From an uncultured delta proteobacterium (GTDB lineage Bacteria; Myxococcota; Myxococcia; Myxococcales; Myxococcaceae): 64,000 nucleotides of DNA. Under the pieces are notes generated by a model. The model was not told the origin of the DNA. It did no database searches and saw only the letters and a list, made by a program, of their open reading frames with translations. The translations under genes were made by a program, and so were the position numbers. Every line of letters begins with the position of its first letter. The first letter of the stretch is position 1. Below are positions 55,948 through 64,000 of the stretch, piece after piece. The DNA lies in NCBI GenBank assembly GCA_963771175.1, contig CAVYSY010000022.1, forward strand, positions 98,580-162,579, written 5' to 3'.

Positions 55948-56739
55948 TCAGGAGGCGATACGGCGGTCGCGGCCAACGCCCTCGGAACCCGCGGCGGCGA
56001 TGGCGTCGTTCCGATCGCCGCCCTTGCCGCCGAGCTCGAGGCTCTGCGCGATGATGACGTCGCGCACGGCCTTGATCAGCCCCTCGCGGTCGTCCTCGGC
56101 GAAGGCCTTGGTGTCGATGGGCTTGCCGATCTTCACGTACACGGGGCCGGGGTGATGCTCCACGAGTTCTTCGGCATCACCGTGCCGGAGCCCTCGATGG
56201 TGACGGGGCACGACGGGCACGCCGGGCCTTGAGCGCCAGCGCGAAGGCGCCCTTCTTGAAGGGCAGGATGCGGCCATCGTCCGAGCGGGTGCCCTCGGGG
56301 TAGACGAACACGCTCGATGCCGCTGCGGATCCTTCTGCGCCGCCGCGTCCAGCGAGGCGATGGCCTGTCGGCGCTTGCCGCGGTCGACGAAGATGTGCCC
56401 GCCAGCCACATGTACCAGCCGATGAGCGGCACGTACTTGAGCTGGTGCTTGGCCACGTAGCGGAAGTTGACCGGGATGGCCAGGAAGCGGACCGGGATGT
56501 CGAGGGTGGACTGGTGGTTGGAGACGTAGATGGTGGGCCGCTTCGGGTCCACGTTCTCCTGGCCGCGTCACCACCAGCTTCGCGCCGCCCGCCCAGAGGA
56601 GGATCGGCGACCACAGCCGGCGGGCCACCCACACCGAGGTGCCCGCGTCCAGCGTGACGATGCATCGCCAGCACGGTGACGGGGAAGCAGAGGGTGGTGG
56701 CGACCGCGTGACCACGATGCAGAAGAGGTTGCGCAGCAT
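55948..56739 (-). CDS. plsC: 1-acyl-sn-glycerol-3-phosphate acyltransferase, apparent frameshifts
   Basis: SNHQSTLD, HIFVDR, YPEGTRS, PFKKGAF. Confidence 0.85.
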   Translation of the reverse strand: MLRNLFCIVVTRSPPPSASPSPCWRCIVTLDAGTSVWVARRLWSPILLWAGGAKLVVTRPGERGPEAAHHLRLQPPVHPRHPGPLPGHPGQLPLRGQAPAQVRAAHRLVHVAGGHIFVDRGKRRQAIASLDAAAQKDPQRHRACSSTPRAPARTMAASCPSRRAPSRWRSRPGVPVVPRHHRGLRHGDAEELVEHHPGPVYVKIGKPIDTKAFAEDDREGLIKAVRDVIIAQSLELGGKGGDRNDAIAAAGSEGVGRDRRIAS

Positions 56740-57600
56740 TCCTGACGACCTCGGCATTGTCCTACGGGGAGCCCACCACGGCGCGCAGGCCGGTGTCCCG
56801 CCGAAAACGCTCGAACAGCGGAGCCGCCAGCACCTGCTTCCAGGTGCCAGGGGTCGCCCGCGCGCTCGCGCGCCTGGCGAGGTGGGTGAGACTTCCTTCT
56901 CCGTCGTCCCGCGGCGCCGGCCAGGCGGGCCAGACCATACGCGGCGAGCGGCCAGGTCGGGGCCGGCTGCGCGGAGTCCGGCGAAGGCTCTCCTGCGCCG
57001 GTCGTAGGCGGCGGGCGGCCAGCAGGCGCATTGCCGCGGACGTAGAGCGCGGACTCGGCTCGCGGGCTCGCGCTCGCAGGGCCGCTCGCTGTCCGCGAGG
57101 GCTCGCCCAGCGTCCTCTGGGCGTGCCGCGCCGCAGCGACACCGCGGCGCGGGTACGCACGGGCGAGAGGTGCCAGGTCCGGCCTCTGGGCGAGCAGCGG
57201 CGTCGAGCAGCCCAGGGCCTCGTCCACATGCCCGCCTCGGTGGCGTCGAGGCGGGCGAGGCCGACCCGGGCCTCGAGGGCGACTTCGCGGCTCCGGCGCG
57301 AGCGCACGGCCTCGTAGGCGGCGCGGGCCTCGGCGGGGCGGTCGCACTGATCGAACAGCACGTGCCCCTCCAGCTCTCAGCGGGCGGGCGCTGCCCGGCA
57401 GGGCGCGAGCCGCCGCCGCGGTAGGCCTCAGGCCTCCCGAGCCGGTTCCGCGAGGCCGCCTACGTTGCCGCGCGGCATTTCGGCGGCGCCGGGCTCCTGG
57501 CAGCCGATCCAGGGCCAGCGACAGGCGACCAGGGCCGCGCGAGCACGTGGCGAGCGGAGCAGGCGAGGGCATGTGCGCGCGAATCTACCACGCCGACCTT
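56740..57600 (-). CDS. Probable TPR-like hypothetical protein, heavily disrupted
   Basis: Helical fragments such as LFDQCDRPAEARAAYEA, ARVGLARLDA, AAYGLARLA; boundaries uncertain. Confidence 0.3.
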
Positions 57601-57645
57601 GGCTCTGGTGAGCGCCGCCCGGTGGGGATACAAGCGAGGCGCTTC

Positions 57646-58261
57646 GTGGCCAGGAAGAAGTTCATCGCGATCGCTGGGAACATCGGCGCCGGGAAGACCG
57701 AGCTCACGTCCTTCCTCTGCCGGAAGTACGGCCTCAATCCCTTCTTCGAGCCCAACGATCAGAACCCCTACCTCGCCGACTTCTACAAGGACATGAAGAC
57801 CTGGGCCTTCCGCTCCCAGCTCTTCTTCCTCACCCACAAGTTCCGGCTCCACCGCGAGCTGGAGCGCTCGCCGGGCACCGCGCTGCAGGACCGGACCATC
57901 TACGAGGACGCGGAGATCTTCGCGAAGAACCTCCACCGCCAGCGCTACATCGACAAGCGCGACTGGCAAGACCTACTGGGAGCTCTACGAGACCGTGCGC
58001 CCGGCGCTCACGCCGCCGGACCTGATGATCTACCTGCGCTGCCCGGTGCGGACGCTCAGGCAGCGCATCCGCCTGCGCGGCCGGGAGATGGAGCAGGACA
58101 TCCCCACCTCGTACCTGAACCGGCTCAACGCGCTCTACGAGGAGTGGTTCAGTGGCTACAAGATGTCCCCGGTGCTGGTGCTGCCCACCGACAAGCTCGA
58201 CTACCTGACCGACCTGGTGGATCGCGTCGACCTCTTCCGCCAGATCGAGAAGCACCTGTGA
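57646..58261 (+). CDS. Deoxynucleoside kinase, apparent frameshift near 57970
   Basis: IAGNIGAGKT, NPYLADFY, QDRTIYED, PDLMIYL, RGREME. Confidence 0.9.
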
Positions 58262-59431
58262 AGGAGGTCTACCTCGTCGCCAGGCGCGCGCCCCCGCCGG
58301 TCGCCCATGGAGGCGCCTGCGCGCGGCCTTCGAGTCCGAGGAGGTGGAGCTTCACCCCCGCCGAGGACGGCCAGGGCTTCTCCGTCGAGGCCGAGGGCTG
58401 CGGGTCGAGGTCGGCTTCGAGCCGCGGCCGCCCCCGAGGACTGGACGCCGGACCTGCTCACCGGCAGCGACGAGGCGCACGAGGCGCTCAAGAAGGCGCG
58501 CGGCTTCTACCGCGTCGCCTTCGAGCCGGGCAAGCCGCAGCCCACCGTGGCCGTGTTCGAGGCGCTCTTGTGCGTCCGCATCGTCCTGCTCCACGTGGAG
58601 GGCGTGCTGGTCGACGTCACCGCGTTCAAGCTCCACGACCCGGAGGACGTGGTGGAGATCACCGAGCTGGACTTCGACATCCGCGACCACGTCAACCTGC
58701 ACGCCGTGGAGGTCATCGAGGGCGACACGCCGCTGTGGGTGCACTCGCACGGCATGGAGAAGTTCGGCGCGCGCGACGTGGAGATCTTCCACCTGGGCGA
58801 GCAGGACCTGCTGCCGGCGGAGACCTTCCTCCACGAGCTGTGCACGGACCTCGCCTTCGGGCAGGGCCCGACGCTGCGCACGGGATCGGGACCAGCGAGG
58901 GGCAGACCTTCATGCTGGTGCCCTCGGAGGAGGCGCGGATCAACCTGCTCGGCGTGCCGCTGGAGACGTTCGAGGGCCACGAGGGCCTCTTCCTCACCGT
59001 GGTGTCGCCCCAGGGCCGCCACAACATGGCCGAGCTGCTGCGCCCCTACCGCGAGCGCTTCGCGCAGGAGCCCGCCGAGCAGACCGCGGCGCATGCACCG
59101 GGAGGCCCAGGCGCTCCTGCCCGCCTTCAAGGCGCGCTTCCTGCGCAAGGGCCTGATGGAGCCGCTCACGTTCCTCGTGCGCGCCCCCTTCGAGACGCAC
59201 CCGGAGGGCAGAGACGCGTCGACGAGCACCTCTGGGTGGAGGTGCTCTCCTGGGAGGACGGCACCGTGGTCGGCAGGCTGGTCGACGGCGCGGTCCACAC
59301 CACCGAGTGGCGCAAGGGCGCCCACGTCGAGGTCGCCGAGGCCGAGTGAATGCCATGGCCCTCAGCCGCGAGGGCCGCACCCTGGACGAGGAAGAGGTGC
59401 GCGCGCTGTTGAATGCCGAACGCCCCCGTAG
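58258..59431 (+). CDS. DUF2314/DUF4026-like protein, apparent frameshifts
   Basis: WVHSHGMEKFGARDVEI and C-terminal EHLWVEV...GRLVD; GTGA overlap with the kinase. Confidence 0.55.
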
Positions 59432-59462
59432 GGGCGCGGTGGTAGCATCCCCGTCCGCCCCC

Positions 59463-61163
59463 ATGCCCGCCCTGCTGCTGCTCTCCGGTCCCTCCGCGGG
59501 CCTTCGCTACGAGGTCCAGGCGGAGGCGACGATCGGCCGCAGCCCGTCGTGCGAGATTCCCCTCCCGAGGACGACAAGGTGTCGCGCCGCCACGCGCGCT
59601 CTTCGTGGTGGACGGGCAGGTGCATCTGAGCGACCTGGGCTCGCGCAACGGCACCGCCGTCAACGGCGAGCGCATCGAGGGCGAGGCGGTGCTGCAGCCC
59701 GGCGATCGCGTCCAGGTGGGCAAGACGACGGTGCTCGTCGAGCCGCCCGGCGCGGCCTCGCTCGCGGACCGGCTCCCGGCGACGCGAGCCACCTTCCCGT
59801 CGAGGAGGTGCTGCCGCACGTCGGGACCGAGGCGGCGGTGTACTCGGCGGGAGTGACGCTGCTGGGCGCCACCAGCGAGGCCATGGTGCTGCGGCGCGTC
59901 GCGGAGGAGGCGCAGCACGCGCTGAACGCGGACGCGGCGGCGGCGCTCCTCGGCGGCACCGAGGGGCTGCTCACCGCGGCGGTGGTGGGCGCTCCCTCCG
60001 TCGAGGTGCCTCGCGACCTGGCCCGCGCGCGCTGGAGCGCTCCGAGCAGGGGCGCTCGGCCGGGGCGCTGTGCGCGCCGCTGGTGGCCTCGGGTGGGGCG
60101 CCCTTCGGGGTGCTGTACGCCGAGCGCTCCGAGCCGTCCTCTCCGAGGCGGAGGGGCAGCTGCCCGCCACGCTCGGGCGGCTCGGGGGCGAGGCCTACGC
60201 GGCGGTGCGCTCGCGCGCGGACCGGAGCGGCGGCCCGCGTGGAGATGGTGGGCAACTCGCGCCCCTTCCGCAAGGTGGTGGAGCAGGCCCGCCGCGCCGC
60301 CGCCAGCGCCGCGCCCGTCGTCGTGTCCGGCGAGCCCGGCACCGGCAAGGCGCTGTGGCCCGGTACATCCACGCGCGGTCGCCCCGGGCGCTCGGGCCCC
60401 GGTCGCGGTGGACTGCCGCGAGCCGCTTCCGTCGAGGAGGTGCTCTTCGGCGCACCAGCGGGCCCGGGCGTGCCTCCCGTGTCCTCCGCGCTGCTGCGCG
60501 CGGACGGGGGCACGCTGCTGCTCGAGCACGTGGAGGCGCTCCCGCGCCCCCTGGCGGAGCGGCTCGCGCGGCTGCTCGCGCGCAAGATGGCGCCGGCGCC
60601 CCAGGGCGGCGAGGAGCCCGTGGACTTCCGCCTCATCGCCACCGCGAGTGCTCCGCTGCAGGCGCTCGCCGTGAAGGGCGAGGTGGAGGCCGCGCTCGCC
60701 CGGCGCTCAGCGGACTCGAGCTGGAGCCGTTCCTCCGCTGCGCGAGCGCCGCGCCGACGTCCCCGCGCTCTTCGAGCTGCTTCGCCACCCGGAGTGCCCG
60801 CGCCACTCGCAAGGGGCCTCCCGTGCTCACCCCCGAGGCGCGGCGGCTCCTCGTGGACTACGGGTGGCCGCACAACGTGCGGGAGCTGGAGCTGGTCGCG
60901 CGAGCGGCTCGCGCTGGTGTACGCGGGCGAGCAGGTCCACGGCGCTGCACCTGCCCCGGAGATTCAGCAGGGCGGTGCCGCGCCCGAGCCGCTGACCCTG
61001 CAGGAGCGCGTCGCCCGGCTGGAGCGCGACGCCATCGCCGAGGCCCTGCGCGCGGCCGGGGGGAAGAAGATCGTCGCCGCGCCGGATGCTGGGCATCAGC
61101 CGGCCCACGCTCGACAAGAAGATCGAGGACTACGCGCTCACCGTGGCGCGGCGGCGCGCGTGA
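59463..61163 (+). CDS. FHA-domain sigma-54-activator-like (Fis family) regulator, many apparent frameshifts
   Basis: IGR, VSRRHA, DLGSRNGT (FHA); GEPGTGK, ADGGTL, WPHNVRELE; C-terminal HTH. Confidence 0.8.
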
Positions 61164-61176
61164 GGCGCAGGGGCGT

Positions 61177-62079
61177 TCAACGCCGCCGGCTGACCAGCAC
61201 GCCGGAGAGGATGAGCGGCGGCCCCCGCGCCTGCACCAGGTGGGCCGCTCACCGCGCACCAGCCACGCGGTGAGCGCCGCCACCACCGGCGCGCCCGCGT
61301 TGTAGAGCCCGGTGCGGCTGCTGCCCACCGCGTGCACGCTGCGGTTCCATACGACGTAGGCCAGCACCAGCGGGACGAGGGCGGAGTACACCACGCCGCT
61401 CCAGGCGAGCGCGCTCGACGTCTCCGAGGGGCAGGGTGATCACCGAGGGCACCCCCACCACCACCACGCGGGCGCGCCGGTGAGCATGGTCAGCGCCGTG
61501 ACGCCCAGCGGGGACAGCTCGGCGCCGAGCGCGCGGACGCCCACGGTGTAGAGCGCCCAGCACAGCGAGGCTCCGACGATGAGGAGGTCCCCCAGGCGCG
61601 TCTAGGCGCTGATCGGGCCCGCGCGCGGAGACGATCCGCAGCACGCCCACCACCGCGAGCGCGAGCCCCATCGCGAGCGGCCGGCTGAGCCGATTGACGC
61701 CCAGCGCCGCGCCCAGCAGGGCCGTCACCACGGGCGTGCCGGAGGTGAGCATCCCGCTGTTGGCGGCGGTCGTGTGCGCGAGGCCCATGATGAAGCAGAA
61801 CTGGTAGAGCGTGTTGCCCACGAGCCCGAGCACCACGAGCTTGAGCAGCGTGGCTCGGGGTAGGGGCTTCCAGCCCTCGCGCGTGTGGAGCACTACCGCC
61901 ATGGCCATCGCCGCGAGCCCGAAGCGCAGCGCCATGAACGCCATCGGCGGGAAGGCGCTCAGCGCCTCCTTCACCACCGTGTAGTTCGTGCCCCAAATGA
62001 CGACGACGAGGACGAGGGCGAGATCGACAGGGAGAGGGCGCGAGGGGTGGCCGGGGGGACGGCGGCTGGCGGTGCTCAA
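61177..62079 (-). CDS. DMT (EamA) family transporter, apparent frameshifts
   Basis: VIWGTNY, ALRFG, GLAHTTAANS, LAYVVWN; start uncertain. Confidence 0.8.
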
Positions 62080-62241
62080 GGCGAGCGCGGCATACCGCCC
62101 GCGGACGGTGCTGGCAATGCTGCGGGAGGCCCGCCCTCCGGGCGCGCGCCGTGAGCACCTGTCCGACAGTCGGACCGGTGGGCCGAACGCTCCCACGCTC
62201 CGCGCTTGTCCTGCCCGCGGGCCCGTGGCGTATATGCCCTC

Positions 62242-63159
62242 ATGGAACTGCGTTACTCCGAAGAGGTCCGGCGCGCGAAGGAGCAGGGCGCGCCGCTGGT
62301 GGCACTGGAGACGAGCGTGGTGGCGCAGGGGCTGCCCTACCCGGACAACCTGGGGCGGCGCGCGCCTGTGAGGAGGCCGTGCGCCGGGCGGGCGCCGTGC
62401 CCGCGCCCATCGCCGTGGTGGATGGGCAGGTGTTCATCGGGCTGGAGGAGTCCCAGATGCGTCGGCTCGCCGAGGGCCGCGAGCGCCTGTTGAAGCTGGG
62501 CTCGAGGGACCTGTCCGTGGCCATCGCCCGGGGCGCCACCGGCGGCACCACCGTGAGCGCCACCTGCGAGCTGGCCGCGGCGGCGGGCATCCGCGTCTTC
62601 GCCACGGGTGGCATCGGTGGCGTGCACCGCGGCGTCGCCGAGCACCTGGACATTTCCCAGGACCTCTGGGCGCTGGCGCGCTTCCCGGTGGCGGTGGTGT
62701 GCGCCGGGGCCAAGTCCGTGTTGGATTTGCCCAAGACGATGGAGGCGCTGGAGACCGCCGCGGTGCCCGTCATCGGCGTGGGCACCGGCGAGCTGCCGTC
62801 CTTCTACAGCCGCTCGTCCGGGCTGCCGCTGGAGCACCGCGTCGACGACGCGGCAGCGGCGGCGCGCATCCTCCGGGCCCGCTTCGATACGCTGGGGCAG
62901 GGGGGGCGTCCTCTTCACGGTGCCTCCGCCCGAGGAGACGTCGCTGCCGCGCGCCGAGGTGGAGCTGCACATCGCCTAGGCGCTGGCCGAGGCGGATTGG
63001 CAGGGCATCCGCGGCAAGGCGGTGACGCCCTTCCTGCTCTCGGAGATGGCCCGCCGTACCAGCGGCAAGACGTTGCGCGCCAACCTCGCGCTGCTCACCC
63101 ACAACGCCCGCTTCGCGGGGCAGCTCGCCGTCGCCTACGCGCAGGGCTCCAAGGACTGA
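62242..63159 (+). CDS. psuG: Pseudouridine-5'-phosphate glycosidase, apparent frameshifts and one internal stop
   Basis: [51 protein letters not shown]. Confidence 0.9.
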
Positions 63160-63435
63160 GTCCCCTCGCTACGTGGTCCCACGCACGCCCCCTCGCCAGG
63201 CAGTCGACGCATCTCCTTGCCCTGGCTGCGAGCGAGCCTCTTCGGATGCGGTTGTCTTCCACCTTTGTGAGAGACCCAAGTAGAGTAGAATGGTTCGGAG
63301 GACAACCGAATGGCGAAGAGCTGCACCCCGCCGACTCCGCTCCAGTGGCAACCCCCTCCCGTTTCCTGGATGATTGGAGCCCAAGATGGGGCTCCAGGGT
63401 CCGGGGTACGCCCGTTTTCGCCCGCTGGGCTCAAG

Positions 63436-63930
63436 ATGGAGGCTCAGGGACCGCAGCGCATCCTGGTGGTCGACGATGATCGGGAACCCCTGAAGGTCTG
63501 GCGCAGAGTGCTGGGGCCGAAATCGAACCACCCCTCACTGGACAACCTCGAGAAGAAGCTCTTCGGAGGCTCCCCGGCCGGCGCGTCCCCTGACGCGGGC
63601 TTCGCCATCGACACCGCCTTGCAGGGGGCCGAGGGGTTCCAGAAAGTCATCAGCGCCCTGGCGGAGGGGCGTCCCTACACCTTCGCCCTCGTCGACATGC
63701 GGATGCCGCCGGGCTGGGACGGGCTGGAGACCATCCTTCGCATGCTGGAGAAGGATCAGCTCGAGGTGGCCATCTGCAGCGCCTTCTCGTACATCTCCCG
63801 GGAGGAGGTCGCCAGGCGCGTCGGCCGGTCGGACCTGATGTGGCTCCGGAAGCCCTTCGATCTCGAGGTCGCCCGAGAGCTCGCCCGGAAGTTGAGCGAG
63901 CAGGGCCTCCATCGACGTCTGGCCCGCTGA
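63436..63930 (+). CDS. Response regulator (receiver with internal insertion)
   Basis: ILVVDDD, VDMRMPPGWDG, CSA, LRKPF. Confidence 0.85.
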   Translation: MEAQGPQRILVVDDDREPLKVWRRVLGPKSNHPSLDNLEKKLFGGSPAGASPDAGFAIDTALQGAEGFQKVISALAEGRPYTFALVDMRMPPGWDGLETILRMLEKDQLEVAICSAFSYISREEVARRVGRSDLMWLRKPFDLEVARELARKLSEQGLHRRLAR

Positions 63931-64000
63931 ACAATTGGCTCAGTGCACCGTTCGGGTGCGTGGCACCTCTTCCTCGTCAGCCCGCTCGCGTGGCGCCTCT

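Noticed and set aside
62977..62979. In-frame TAG in psuG as possible pyrrolysine or readthrough
   Set aside because: Lies in an error-rich zone and no recoding machinery is present in the window

Overview
High-GC window that looks myxobacterial (Myxococcota, probably Archangiaceae), inferred from gene content and protein style. 1-22 kb is accessory: an FAD oxidoreductase, two SnoaL-type ester cyclases, a GH13 enzyme, an ECF sigma factor, a receiver, a kinase-NTPase-TPR protein, a HEPN gene with a degenerate MNT-like partner, a membrane-anchored S8 protease, a HipA-like kinase/DUF3037 pair, a CPBP protease, and a beta-barrel / 13-heme cytochrome / Ig-like lipoprotein operon. 22-32 kb holds housekeeping and signalling genes (plsB, argS, hybrid kinase, HEAT protein, dnaJ, rimI). 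32-54 kb is the str-S10-spc-alpha ribosomal supercluster, in which rplC (L3) is missing between rpsJ and rplD. 54-64 kb holds TPR proteins, plsC, a deoxynucleoside kinase, a DUF2314-like protein, a degenerate FHA/sigma-54 activator, a DMT transporter, psuG and a receiver. Many genes, including essential ones, carry small indels clustered at 23-34 kb and 51-63 kb; these are most likely sequencing or assembly errors, so boundaries there are approximate. No tRNA, rRNA, CRISPR array or transposase was recognised. Domain names come from motif recognition by eye, not database searches.
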